Virus record (IMG/VR): IMGVR_UViG_3300024298_000005
DNA length: 64,000 nt
Source: a virus
Lineage: Duplodnaviria; Heunggongvirae; Uroviricota; Caudoviricetes
Direction: 5' to 3' (one strand)
Shown here: positions 18,384-26,957 of the stretch, piece by piece
Layout: every line of letters begins with the position of its first letter
Numbering within the stretch: position 1 is the first letter of the stretch
Translations under genes and position numbers: made by a program
Notes under the pieces: generated by a model
The model's database searches: none
Seen by the model: only the letters and a program-made list of their open reading frames with translations
Told to the model about the DNA's origin: nothing

Positions 18384-19364
18384 TTATTGACTTTGACGAG
18401 CGCGAATCTTGGCAAGAATGTCTTGCGCACGACTAGCACCTTCTGCTGCCGGAGCACTTGCTACAGGAGTAGACTGAGCTGCCGGAGCACTTGCTACAGG
18501 AGTAGGTTCTTCGTCAACTTCTTCAGCAGGAGCACTTGAGCGAGCTTTGTTAGGATCGCCTGTTGCAGCACCCATGCCTGCTGGTTTGAAGTATTGACCC
18601 CAACGGTCCATGTCATATGCTTCGCCATTAACTGATGCTTCAAACATTTCTTTCATAACCTTAAGCTCAACATCGGTTGGCTTCTTAGGCAAGAAGTCTG
18701 ACAAGTTAAACAAACCATGGGTATCAACTGCGGATTTTTCTGCATCGGTTAGAGCACGTTCACGACGGCTCCACTTACTTGTAGAATAATCAGCAAAACC
18801 ACCTTTGCTTGTTTTTGCGATACGGAAATCTACACCGCGGAGGTAATCAGTTGGTAGTTCTTCCAACTCTGGGTCCATTAGTGCTGAACGAATGATTTGA
18901 TAGATTTGAGGACCGATGATGAATCTGCGAATTGGATTCTCTGGTGTTTTTTCTTCTTTGAGAGCATCTTCAACAACAAAGCCTTGGAAGATATATGAAC
19001 GCTTTTTCCAATATTTACGACCCATATCCTCTAATGATTTGTCTTTAAACCAACCACGCACTTCTGAAAGGATTGGACATACGGAACCATCGTTATACAT
19101 TTCAACACAGGGAACCTGTACTTGAACTTTACGTGAATCGGTTTCGCCTTTAATTCCTGCGAATTCCAATTTGATCATTGCACGTTCAACCCAGAAAAAT
19201 GTGTTGTTAGAATTGCCATCTGGTAGGAAACGAACTACGGCTTCCTTGCCTTCTTGCATGTTCCAATGTGGGTAAATTGCGTTGTCGCCGCCGCTTGATG
19301 TTTGTCCTGTGGACTTTGATTGTGCTTCTTGAAGTTTAGCACGAATTTCTGCTAATGTTGCCAT
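18384..19364 (-). CDS. gp32: T4 gp32-like single-stranded DNA binding protein
   Basis: MATLAEIRAKL, AVVRFLPDGN, CPI, YWKKRSY, FIIGPQI, GVDFRIAKT...ADYSTSKW; AAGGAGG RBS. Confidence 0.9.
   Translation of the reverse strand: MATLAEIRAKLQEAQSKSTGQTSSGGDNAIYPHWNMQEGKEAVVRFLPDGNSNNTFFWVERAMIKLEFAGIKGETDSRKVQVQVPCVEMYNDGSVCPILSEVRGWFKDKSLEDMGRKYWKKRSYIFQGFVVEDALKEEKTPENPIRRFIIGPQIYQIIRSALMDPELEELPTDYLRGVDFRIAKTSKGGFADYSTSKWSRRERALTDAEKSAVDTHGLFNLSDFLPKKPTDVELKVMKEMFEASVNGEAYDMDRWGQYFKPAGMGAATGDPNKARSSAPAEEVDEEPTPVASAPAAQSTPVASAPAAEGASRAQDILAKIRARQSQ
18445..18505. repeat. in-frame tandem duplication in the gp32 C-terminal linker (28-bp identical units, 33-bp period, TPVASAPAA twice)
   Basis: gctgccggagcacttgctacaggagtag at 18445-18472 and 18478-18505. 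Confidence 0.9.
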
Positions 19365-19421
19365 TTTATAGCCTCCTTATGCCTTTAATGTAAATGACTT
19401 TATGCCTATCGCATAACAACT

Positions 19422-19450
19422 ATTATGCGCTTTTTATTTAGCAAGATCAA
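19422..19450 (-). promoter_or_regulatory. gp32 promoter: TTGATC-N17-CATAAT with an embedded TAAATA late box (19435-19440)
   Basis: Read directly; lies just downstream of the terminator at 19476-19503. Confidence 0.6.
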
Positions 19451-19475
19451 GTCCTTTCTAAAAATTTATTTCACC

Positions 19476-19503
19476 AAAAAAAATCCACTCTATGAGTGGA
19501 TTT
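19476..19503 (-). terminator. rho-independent terminator overlapping the stop codon of 19490..19894
   Basis: AAATCCACTC-ATA-GAGTGGATTT perfect stem followed by a T-run on the minus strand. Confidence 0.75.
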
Positions 19504-19894
19504 GGTGATAACGAATCATAGCCGCTGTTCTTGCTAAAAATAATTTCCACCGGATTTCTTCAGTAATTAAACCTTCAGGATCATCCGGTGTTGGGTCTGT
19601 TTGAATTCTTTGTAGATCTTTTCTTCGATAAGATGTAATGATATCGTCAACTTCAATAATGTTATCTTCGCTGTCATCTGCAAATAAAACAATTTTGTGA
19701 GGATTGCCTGTAAAAATTTTAGGTTTTTGTATTTTGATAGATCTTGCAAGGACCGGTCCTTTTTTGATCGCAATCTGAGCTGGTGACTCTATAGTTGTAG
19801 GTCTCCCAAAGAGTTCTTTCCCATTGAGACTCGTATTTGCCTGGCTTGTCCCAATTAAACTCATCGCAGCTAAGATTACTGCTAACCTTTTCAT
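19490..19894 (-). CDS. secreted hypothetical protein (signal peptide)
   Basis: MKRLAVILAAMSLIGTSQA Sec-type signal; GAGG RBS. Confidence 0.6.
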   Translation of the reverse strand: MKRLAVILAAMSLIGTSQANTSLNGKELFGRPTTIESPAQIAIKKGPVLARSIKIQKPKIFTGNPHKIVLFADDSEDNIIEVDDIITSYRRKDLQRIQTDPTPDDPEGLITEEIRWKLFLARTAAMIRYHQIHS

Positions 19895-19912
19895 TTCTAG
19901 TCCTCATTAACA

Positions 19913-20209
19913 TTATTGACAAGTCCTTGTAAGTGTTACACTACCGTCTGGATTGCGCACTTCAGTCCAAGGACTACATACTTGTTGTTGCGTATAAACG
20001 GGCGGTTGTTGAATAACCGCTGGCGGTTGTTGAACAACTACAGGACGAGTTGCGGCATATACCACAGCACCTCCAACTACAGCTGGAACTACCCAATTCC
20101 AACCTCTCCCATGATGCATATGGTGTCCGCCATGATAGCCATGATGTGGACCTGCTTGCGCACCAAAAGCAGATAAACCAATTAAACCTGCAATTAAGAG
20201 TTTTTTCAT
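19913..20209 (-). CDS. secreted His/Gly-rich, Pro-repeat protein (98 aa)
   Basis: MKKLLIAGLIGLSAFGAQA signal, HHGYHGGHHMHH, VVVQQPP repeats, terminal Cys pair; AAGGAGG RBS. Confidence 0.7.
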   Translation of the reverse strand: MKKLLIAGLIGLSAFGAQAGPHHGYHGGHHMHHGRGWNWVVPAVVGGAVVYAATRPVVVQQPPAVIQQPPVYTQQQVCSPWTEVRNPDGSVTLTRTCQ

Positions 20210-20235
20210 AAAACCCTCCTTGATATTATAGTAAC

Positions 20236-20266
20236 GCCCCAATGCCAACTTTCGTTGACAAGGGGC
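20236..20266 (-). other. intergenic RNA hairpin with GAAA tetraloop
   Basis: GCCCC-TT-GTCAAC-GAAA-GTTGGC-ATT-GGGGC; the U-G wobble works on the minus strand; followed by TATAAT at 20225-20230. Confidence 0.55.
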
Positions 20267-20274
20267 AACTAAAA

Positions 20275-20448
20275 TTACTTCTTAGCTTCTTCTTTCTTAG
20301 CAGGAGCTTTTGGAGCTTCCTTAGCAGCAGGTGCTGGCGCAGATGCAGCTGGTTTGGCTTCTGCTTTCTTTTCTTCTTTCTTAGGTGCATCTGCAGCGAA
20401 AGCGGATACTGCAAATAATGATGCTACTAAAGTTGCTACTAGTTTCAT
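20275..20448 (-). CDS. small secreted Ala/Lys/Pro-rich protein (57 aa)
   Basis: MKLVATLVASLFAVSAFA signal plus low-complexity tail; AAGGA RBS. Confidence 0.7.
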   Translation of the reverse strand: MKLVATLVASLFAVSAFAADAPKKEEKKAEAKPAASAPAPAAKEAPKAPAKKEEAKK

Positions 20449-20549
20449 AGTAATTTCCTTTTTAAAAGCACAGACAATCAGTGCCTGTGTAATATTATAA
20501 CGCATTAATAGGACCGAACGTTGACTAAAAAGTTTAAATTATTTTGCCC

Positions 20550-20574
20550 AAAAGAAAGGGCACCTAAGTGCCCT
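20550..20574 (-). terminator. rho-independent terminator
   Basis: AGGGCAC-TTAG-GTGCCCT-TTCTTTT downstream of 20596. Confidence 0.8.
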
Positions 20575-20595
20575 AACTATTGTATTTTCTTTTTA

Positions 20596-22311
20596 TTATA
20601 GGCCTGCTAATTCTCTAACTCTTGCCAATTCTGCTAATTCAGGATTTTGTTCTGTTGATTGTTGTGGTGCCATTCTTTCTACAAATTTACGAGCAACTTG
20701 TTCTGCCTGCTCACCAAACTTCTTGCCTACCATTGTGCAAACACCCTCTGGGCCTTTAGGGAATGTATTAGATTCCTTATCATAGAAACTTGTGATAAAC
20801 TCTGCAAGTTCTTGAACATTAATTGCTGTACGCTCTTTTCCTTGCTCATTGTCGTCACTGGCCATTTGAGGTTCGTCTTCGGGTGCTTCTTCGCCTCCTG
20901 CTTCGGGTTCTTCTTCTGAGTAGTCACCAAAATCTAATTGGCCGACTACATCTGGTGCGTTTTGTTCTAACCAATCTTTAACCAACCCTCTGCAACATGC
21001 CTCTGGATCTTCTTTTGCCTTATCTTTAATGGCTTGGTCAAGTTTAGGATCTTCAATGATGCCTTTTAAACTTTCAATGGCATTGCTACCATCTACACCT
21101 GCTGGAAAATGTTGTCCAACTAATTCTTGTAATTCTTTAATCGCTGCGTCTTTTTGATCGGGATCTTGAATAGGGCTTGCTTCACCTAATTGATAAACCC
21201 AGTTTTCAAATTTTTCAAATGGATCATAATTTTCCATTTCAAATGTTTCTTCTTCGACAGCGGCATTGTTGGTCATTGCGACTATGTCGTCGTAGCCTAT
21301 CGTGTTTCCTTCTTTCATTAGTCTATATAAGACCGGAAATACATTAGCAATGTCTTCTTTAAAATTTCTAACGGTAAATTTTTCTTTAAAATCTTCTACA
21401 ACGTCTTGTGGTATTTCTTCACTATCGTATGCCTGGAAATTTTCTCTATATGCTTCGTAATGACTTTGTTTAGATAGTGCCTTAATTTGTTCACGTAGTC
21501 TATTTAGAGCCTCTCCGCTTCTTTCAACAATATTGTTTGTATCTGAATTCATTAAATCATTACGAACAACATAGTTGCTAAAACTTTTTAGTTGAGCAAT
21601 TTCTTCGCTCATTTGTACAATTGATTTACCAATATCGTCGTATGGTACACCGCCATTAGCCACGTGACGTTGCATAGCACGAGCTCCTGCTAAATGAATG
21701 AAAGGATATTTAAATCTTTCACCGTCTTGGTTTTCAACAAATAATGCTGAAATATTACGTGTTCTAGCACCTGGTGCTTGATCGTCTGTTAATGCTTGAC
21801 TATGTTTAATAATCAAACGTGTATCCATTAGTTTTTGATAGCTTACGGTCTTAGATCCGTACATTGTGCTTTCAGTAACATTCATTGTGCTTTCTCCGAC
21901 TGGTGTTGGTTGTGTTGTAACCGCAGGTTCTGGTGAATTATGGCGGCTTAAAAATGCATAATCTCGTTTATCTAAATTGTCTTTAGTAATGTCACGAGTA
22001 TCAAACGCCATTAACCTACGTTTAGCAAATAATCTTAATTCTCTTAAAAATCCAAACCAATTCTTCTTTTGAAGATCGTTCATTGATTCAGTAATTCCTG
22101 TACTGAAATATACCTTCATAGAGTTTGGTTCAGCTAGGCTGATGCTAACATGGCCTACAGGTGTTTCACCTTCCATGTAATCAAAATCAAAAAATCTTGC
22201 TTCTTCTGGGTTTATTGTAATTTCGCTGGTTTCTGAACCTAGCTTTAACCCTTTAAAGCGGCTTCTAATTTTATAAAATAAATCTGTAGCAATATTGTTT
22301 GTAGCGTCCAT
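20596..22311 (-). CDS. hypothetical acidic virion/head-associated protein (571 aa)
   Basis: Start MDATNN is 4 nt after TAAATA; acidic linkers; C-terminal RVRELAGL. Virion role is inferred from context. Confidence 0.6.
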   Translation of the reverse strand: MDATNNIATDLFYKIRSRFKGLKLGSETSEITINPEEARFFDFDYMEGETPVGHVSISLAEPNSMKVYFSTGITESMNDLQKKNWFGFLRELRLFAKRRLMAFDTRDITKDNLDKRDYAFLSRHNSPEPAVTTQPTPVGESTMNVTESTMYGSKTVSYQKLMDTRLIIKHSQALTDDQAPGARTRNISALFVENQDGERFKYPFIHLAGARAMQRHVANGGVPYDDIGKSIVQMSEEIAQLKSFSNYVVRNDLMNSDTNNIVERSGEALNRLREQIKALSKQSHYEAYRENFQAYDSEEIPQDVVEDFKEKFTVRNFKEDIANVFPVLYRLMKEGNTIGYDDIVAMTNNAAVEEETFEMENYDPFEKFENWVYQLGEASPIQDPDQKDAAIKELQELVGQHFPAGVDGSNAIESLKGIIEDPKLDQAIKDKAKEDPEACCRGLVKDWLEQNAPDVVGQLDFGDYSEEEPEAGGEEAPEDEPQMASDDNEQGKERTAINVQELAEFITSFYDKESNTFPKGPEGVCTMVGKKFGEQAEQVARKFVERMAPQQSTEQNPELAELARVRELAGL

Positions 22312-22315
22312 TCTG

Positions 22316-22321
22316 TATTTA
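22316..22321 (-). promoter_or_regulatory. late promoter box TAAATA, 4 nt before ATG 22311
   Basis: TAAATA-caga-ATG. Confidence 0.6.
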
Positions 22322-23908
22322 TCACATAAAGCCCGATACAAAGATCGGCATAGGCATTTGGTCTTCTGATAATTTATCAGTCATTTTTTCGTATACTTTA
22401 GGGTCCCAGTCCGCTAGTATGCTAGACATGCGAATTATTAACAATAATGCAGCCACTAAGTCGTCGTGTTCCCCAGATTTAGCTTTAAATCCAATTCCAG
22501 TAGCAACGAATGTTTTTAACTCTGAAATTAAAGGTTTTGAACATAACTTCATTTTATGAGTTTCAATCATGTGTTTAAGTTGGCTACATGCAGAAATTTT
22601 TGTCTTATGTGTAGTATTAAACCCTTTGCGGAATTTACGCACATGTCCTTTACGTATAGGCTCACTCAAGAATAATCCGGGGAAATTTTCCTCGCCAATA
22701 TTTTGAATACAAATTAAAGCAGCTTCACCTAAAGTGTTATTTTCAACACTATAATAAATTTGAGGATGACCGCCTTTTAATTCTCCCTGATCCTGGATAT
22801 AAGAACAAATTTCTCTTAATATTTTTACTTGACTTTGTACTGGAGTTAAATTATGATACCATTCTGCTACTTGATCCATATGGGGCATTTCAAATACTTG
22901 AATAGCACCATTGTCACCGCCTGTTCCTAAACTAGGATCTAATGCTACAAGATATGTTGCTTGCGGATTAATCTCTTTGTACCATCGTGTTTGTCCCATA
23001 GATAACATAGGCTCAGTACCTTTTAATTCAGCAAGTTTAACTGAGTTAATTAACGTTTCGTCAAAGATCAAGAATTCACATTCAAATTCACGACGGAAAC
23101 GTTCTTCTCCAATTTTTGCACGTTCTAATCTTGCCCATTCGTCATCTCGGTCTGGATGTTCGCTCCAGTGGGCAAAATAACTATGAAATCCGTTAACTCC
23201 TAATTTTTGTTCATTGCCAAATTCGTCAAATCTTTTGTTTGCTTCGGTCCAAATTAACGCAAACTGATCTTCGTCTGAGTTAGGTGTTGATGTAATGATA
23301 CACTTACCGCCTGTTGCTAGTGTAGGCGATAGGGCAGTCCAGAATTCTTTAGCTTTCTCGGGAGGTTGCACAAACGCAAACTCATCACAATAAATCAATG
23401 ATAGAGATTTACCACGACCAGTATTTTCTGTAGTTGTGGTTGCTTGTATACGAGCACCGTTATCGTATTCGATTGTATTTCTATTGTATGAATAAACACC
23501 TGCACGTATAAAATCTGGAAGGTTTTCGTAACCATAACGGTAACGATCCATAATATCTTTTGCACCTTCGTATTTGTGTGCGGCAATAAGAACTTGACAA
23601 TCAGGTACAAACATTGTGTACCAGAGTAAGTAAGCAACGGCACATGTGGTCTTACCCATCTGACGAGGCAACATAGCAATACATTGTTTGTTGCCGTGAT
23701 AGGCTTCAATTAACCGTTCTTGGTATTCGTACGGTTCAAAGGGAATACTACCTCGAACAGGATGTTGAATTTTAATAAAATTTTTAGCGAAATAAAGAGG
23801 ACCTGTAACAGGATCCATACACGCTTCGAGATGTTTAACTTCTTCAAGTGTGTATCGTTGCTGTTTATGCGCCTTCTTAATTAATACGCCATCTAATGAT
23901 TTTGCCAT
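22322..23908 (-). CDS. gp17: terminase large subunit (gp17-like)
   Basis: YQE adenine motif, PRQMGKTT Walker A, YCDEFAF Walker B, ITSTPN, ALDPS and HDDLV nuclease motifs. Confidence 0.93.
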   Translation of the reverse strand: MAKSLDGVLIKKAHKQQRYTLEEVKHLEACMDPVTGPLYFAKNFIKIQHPVRGSIPFEPYEYQERLIEAYHGNKQCIAMLPRQMGKTTCAVAYLLWYTMFVPDCQVLIAAHKYEGAKDIMDRYRYGYENLPDFIRAGVYSYNRNTIEYDNGARIQATTTTENTGRGKSLSLIYCDEFAFVQPPEKAKEFWTALSPTLATGGKCIITSTPNSDEDQFALIWTEANKRFDEFGNEQKLGVNGFHSYFAHWSEHPDRDDEWARLERAKIGEERFRREFECEFLIFDETLINSVKLAELKGTEPMLSMGQTRWYKEINPQATYLVALDPSLGTGGDNGAIQVFEMPHMDQVAEWYHNLTPVQSQVKILREICSYIQDQGELKGGHPQIYYSVENNTLGEAALICIQNIGEENFPGLFLSEPIRKGHVRKFRKGFNTTHKTKISACSQLKHMIETHKMKLCSKPLISELKTFVATGIGFKAKSGEHDDLVAALLLIIRMSSILADWDPKVYEKMTDKLSEDQMPMPIFVSGFM

Positions 23909-23913
23909 ACTAT

Positions 23914-23919
23914 TATTTA
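23914..23919 (-). promoter_or_regulatory. late promoter box TAAATA, 5 nt before the terminase ATG
   Basis: TAAATA-atagt-ATG directly after a terminator. Confidence 0.62.
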
Positions 23920-23922
23920 CTG

Positions 23923-23950
23923 AAAAAAATAGGGCCTTGCGGCCCTATTT
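23923..23950 (-). terminator. rho-independent terminator (GCAA tetraloop)
   Basis: AAATAGGGCC-GCAA-GGCCCTATTT plus T-run. Confidence 0.85.
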
Positions 23951-23965
23951 GACTATATTTGTAGA

Positions 23966-24322
23966 TTAAGCAACGGTAAAACTTGTACCTAATGTAACGT
24001 CAGTTCCACGAACATCGACGCCGTTTGCACCTACTGAAGAACCCAAATTACGAATTCTAGTTTGTAGTTCGCTAGCATCGTTGATGTTTTTATCCATTAC
24101 AACATAAATTAACCCTGTAGCAGCATCTACGGTAAAGTAAGCCATAGGATTTAATTCTTTAACAATAACTTCTACTACTTCGTCAACTGCGTCATCTTCT
24201 GCGCGAAGATCAATGTTAGAGTTGCTGTTATTTTGAACTTGAATCTTAAACAAGTTGCAATTAGGAGAATACAATGTACCTACGGTTGCCTGTAAGCCAT
24301 TAGTTCTTGTTACGCTTGCCAT
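23966..24322 (-). CDS. small putative virion protein (118 aa)
   Basis: ORF track; GGAG RBS; LQTRIRNLG...VDV-type C-terminus; head-gene context. Confidence 0.55.
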   Translation of the reverse strand: MASVTRTNGLQATVGTLYSPNCNLFKIQVQNNSNSNIDLRAEDDAVDEVVEVIVKELNPMAYFTVDAATGLIYVVMDKNINDASELQTRIRNLGSSVGANGVDVRGTDVTLGTSFTVA

Positions 24323-25062
24323 TATTTCGCTCCTTTAGCTTCTGCTAATCGTTGCATTAGTTCTGCACGAATTTGAGATCTTAAATCGCCCTCAAATTTT
24401 TGTTTTTGCATTGGGTTATCGCCACCAGCAACTTTAGGATATGTTCCTTTTGATTTGTTTAAATCGTTGCCGTCGTGTGTTGAAAATGATGCATCTTTAG
24501 TTTCTGGCTCTGAACTTCCAACTGAATTACCAAATGCCTCATCTTCTTTATCTTCGTCGTCGTCTTTTTCTTCTTTGTCGTCCATTTCTTCTGGTTCAGG
24601 TTTTTCGCCTTCTGGACCTTCATGTTCAGGACTACCGTCTGGGCCGGGACCTTCTTTTTCTTTATCACCGTCAATATCGATATCGATAACTTTTGGTTCG
24701 TCACCACCGCCGCCAAGGCCAGGTAATCCCGGAGGATTCATTTTGTCATCACCTGGTTTATCAAAGTCAGGTAACATTTTTAGTGGGGGTAATTCTGGTT
24801 TAATGCTAGCGATAGAAGGACCTGGAGGTGTTAAAGATGGTAAAGTTGGATCTGATTTAATTGTATCAGGATTGACTTTAGTAATTAACTTTAATAAGTC
24901 CTCAATATTATCCATGCCTTGAGCATTTAGGTTAACACTCATGCTTGGAGGTGTCGTTGGAGGAGTTTGCATTGCTGGAGCAGGCATGTTCATTGGCTCA
25001 CCGCACTCTTCAACTGGCCTGTCTAATTCTTGCATTTTTGTTAGCAATTCATGAAAATTCAT
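24322..25062 (-). CDS. Pro-rich/acidic low-complexity protein, putative internal head or scaffold-like protein
   Basis: ORF track; AAGGA RBS; disordered composition. Confidence 0.55.
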   Translation of the reverse strand: MNFHELLTKMQELDRPVEECGEPMNMPAPAMQTPPTTPPSMSVNLNAQGMDNIEDLLKLITKVNPDTIKSDPTLPSLTPPGPSIASIKPELPPLKMLPDFDKPGDDKMNPPGLPGLGGGGDEPKVIDIDIDGDKEKEGPGPDGSPEHEGPEGEKPEPEEMDDKEEKDDDEDKEDEAFGNSVGSSEPETKDASFSTHDGNDLNKSKGTYPKVAGGDNPMQKQKFEGDLRSQIRAELMQRLAEAKGAK

Positions 25063-25065
25063 TTT

Positions 25066-25650
25066 TTATCCTTTGACTGGGTTAGGGTTATCAACTTTAC
25101 TCATAGGTGAGCTTGCACCCGCCTTGTCTTGTTTAAATTTAGGTAATTTGTATTCGACCTGTGTGCCGTTTTCTTTCTTTCTAGTCTTTGATGTTTTTTC
25201 TAGATCTTTTAAAAATCCTTTATTAAAATCATCACCGAAATAATCTTTAACCTTAATCTTGTCGTTTGACAATACTGGTTCTTCTAAAACAGCTTTACCA
25301 CTTGGCTCAGAGTCAACAAATACTATGTCTGCTTCGTGAGAATCACCGCCGTTTCTAATACGGAAATGGCTCTCCGGTACAAAGTACTTGACATGTTCTG
25401 CAATTTCTGGTGCAGTAATAGGATATTCACAAACAACTTCAAATGTATGAACTTCCACATTACTTAATTCTGGAAAATCAATGGGTGATGCTTGTATAGG
25501 AGTTTTTGATTTTTCTACAATAGTAGGATTTGTTGCTCCCAAGCATTCTTTGAAATTTTTCTCAAAATTTTCAGGCAGTTCGCCAGCTACCCTTACTTTA
25601 AAAGGGTACGATTTTTTGCTTTCAGCAAGGTATTCTCTAAAAGTCTTCAT
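25066..25650 (-). CDS. hypothetical protein (194 aa)
   Basis: MKTFREYLAES start, 5 nt after TAAATA. Confidence 0.6.
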   Translation of the reverse strand: MKTFREYLAESKKSYPFKVRVAGELPENFEKNFKECLGATNPTIVEKSKTPIQASPIDFPELSNVEVHTFEVVCEYPITAPEIAEHVKYFVPESHFRIRNGGDSHEADIVFVDSEPSGKAVLEEPVLSNDKIKVKDYFGDDFNKGFLKDLEKTSKTRKKENGTQVEYKLPKFKQDKAGASSPMSKVDNPNPVKG

Positions 25651-25655
25651 AACTA

Positions 25656-25661
25656 TATTTA
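25656..25661 (-). promoter_or_regulatory. late promoter box TAAATA overlapping the upstream stop codon
   Basis: TAAATA-tagtt-ATG. Confidence 0.55.
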
Positions 25662-26141
25662 TTCCTTTTGACCCAATTTCTTAAGAAGATCGTTGCGGTC
25701 TGTAATGATGTAGCCCTGGCCTTGTAACACATCGTTTGGATCTTCGTTATTATCTTTATCAATCTTATACTTCTTAAGTTGAAGATCAATTGCTTTTAAT
25801 TTTTTATCAATTTTAGCAGTTTTAGCGTTAATAGCATTGCCCATCATGCTTGCTGCTACTTCAAAAATACGGCCGCTGTATCGTACTTCTACATTCATGC
25901 CCAAATCCATTAAATCGTCGTAGGCATCTTCTGCTTTCTTTGCTAGATTGTCAAGTTCTTTATCGTCTAATTCTTCTAACTCTTTGATAACAGGTAACCC
26001 TTTGGTTATTTCTGCTACTGCTTTATAGCTATCTTCAAGAGAATTAACTTGTTCGTGCGAAACAACAGGAGCAGATTCTTCTGTTTTTTTCTCTGGTTCG
26101 GCAGAGTCTAAATTAAAAAGTTCTTCAAGTTTTTTGGTCAT
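25659..26141 (-). CDS. probable terminase small subunit (gp16-like)
   Basis: Coiled-coil 160 aa with RIFEVAASMMGNAI...DLQLKK pattern; near gp4 and gp17. Confidence 0.55.
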   Translation of the reverse strand: MTKKLEELFNLDSAEPEKKTEESAPVVSHEQVNSLEDSYKAVAEITKGLPVIKELEELDDKELDNLAKKAEDAYDDLMDLGMNVEVRYSGRIFEVAASMMGNAINAKTAKIDKKLKAIDLQLKKYKIDKDNNEDPNDVLQGQGYIITDRNDLLKKLGQKE

Positions 26142-26145
26142 ATAT

Positions 26146-26151
26146 TACTTA
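26146..26151 (-). promoter_or_regulatory. variant late box TAAGTA, 4 nt before ATG 26141
   Basis: TAAGTA-atat-ATG. Confidence 0.45.
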
Positions 26152-26589
26152 TCTACGTTTTTTACCTTGATGAAAAATATCGCCTTCGTTTACAATACGA
26201 AATCTTACACCTTGCTGTTTACACCACTTACTAGCAGCTTCCCATTTGGCCATATTTTTTACATATTGTTCCTGGTTATAAAGACTTTTTCCAACACTTT
26301 CTAATTTAGTTTGACTTTCCGGTTTTACTTCTACAACTTCTGCATGTTTATTTCCGTTCTTATCAACATAGACAATAAAAAAATCTGGGACATACACGGT
26401 ATATTTTCCTGTTAAAGGATCTCGATAAGGTATTTGTATACTTTCGCTAGCCCAATTTTGAACGCCCTGATGTTCATCAAGCATTCTCATAAAAATAAAT
26501 TCCCAGCTACTACGAGCTAACGGTGTTTTTTTCCCAACGTATTTGTCGGGATTTTTCATCTCAAACCTTCCTGATGCAAATTTAGGCAT
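26149..26589 (-). CDS. gp4: head completion nuclease (T4 gp4-like, TnsA-type PD-(D/E)XK)
   Basis: KNPDKYVG, RSSWE, WASE, YVPDF, EVKP, KWEAA. Confidence 0.85.
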   Translation of the reverse strand: MPKFASGRFEMKNPDKYVGKKTPLARSSWEFIFMRMLDEHQGVQNWASESIQIPYRDPLTGKYTVYVPDFFIVYVDKNGNKHAEVVEVKPESQTKLESVGKSLYNQEQYVKNMAKWEAASKWCKQQGVRFRIVNEGDIFHQGKKRR

Positions 26590-26957
26590 TACGGTGATAT
26601 ATTTCTAAGAATTTCGGCTTTACTAATAGATAATGATCTATAGCCTAGTGTAGATGTTGATCGTCTATTATTATTCAATATTTCGCTTACGACAGCACTT
26701 AGCTCAACACCATCAAAAGTTTTTAATGTATCTAATAATTTAAAAACAGAAACTCCATCTATTTTAGCTTGGTTTAATAATGTGTATGCTGTGGCGGTGC
26801 CCGCTTGGCCAGAAAATCCTTTTGACTCAAAAAAACCAATTGCTGCTGATACTTCGTTTGCAGAAAATTCTAAAGGACTGATTCCATACTGATCAAAAAA
26901 TAATTTAGTAGCTTCTGCGCTATCTTCGATTATAGGTGCTGGTAGATTAGTTGACAT
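26589..26957 (-). CDS. hypothetical protein (122 aa)
   Basis: ORF track; TAATG coupling on both sides. Confidence 0.6.
   Translation of the reverse strand: MSTNLPAPIIEDSAEATKLFFDQYGISPLEFSANEVSAAIGFFESKGFSGQAGTATAYTLLNQAKIDGVSVFKLLDTLKTFDGVELSAVVSEILNNNRRSTSTLGYRSLSISKAEILRNISP

Noticed and set aside
18445-18505. Short direct repeats as a CRISPR or regulatory array
   Set aside because: Only two units, in frame within the low-complexity gp32 linker.
20225-20530. Shared GTCAACG and GCGTTA words upstream of two TATAAT boxes as a middle-promoter motif
   Set aside because: Spacing differs (19 versus 22 nt), there are only two instances, and one lies within a hairpin.
20596-22311. Portal protein call for the gene after the terminase
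   Set aside because: No gp20-like motifs were recognised; adjacency alone is not enough.
6716-22341. Longest-ORF starts from the track (6716, 9283, 18369, 20248, 20505, 22341; likewise 1242, 2006, 48632, 49566, 50812)
   Set aside because: Downstream ATGs fit better with SD sequences, ATGA/TAATG coupling, late boxes or family N-termini, so the coordinates were adjusted.
24455-24922. 155-aa + strand ORF and many other short antisense ORFs (e.g. 2312..2539, 11024..11422, 26964..27326, 46937..47404, 63155..63493)
   Set aside because: They are mirror frames of well-supported minus-strand genes, with no RBS or promoter and no motifs. They are expected from the codon bias.
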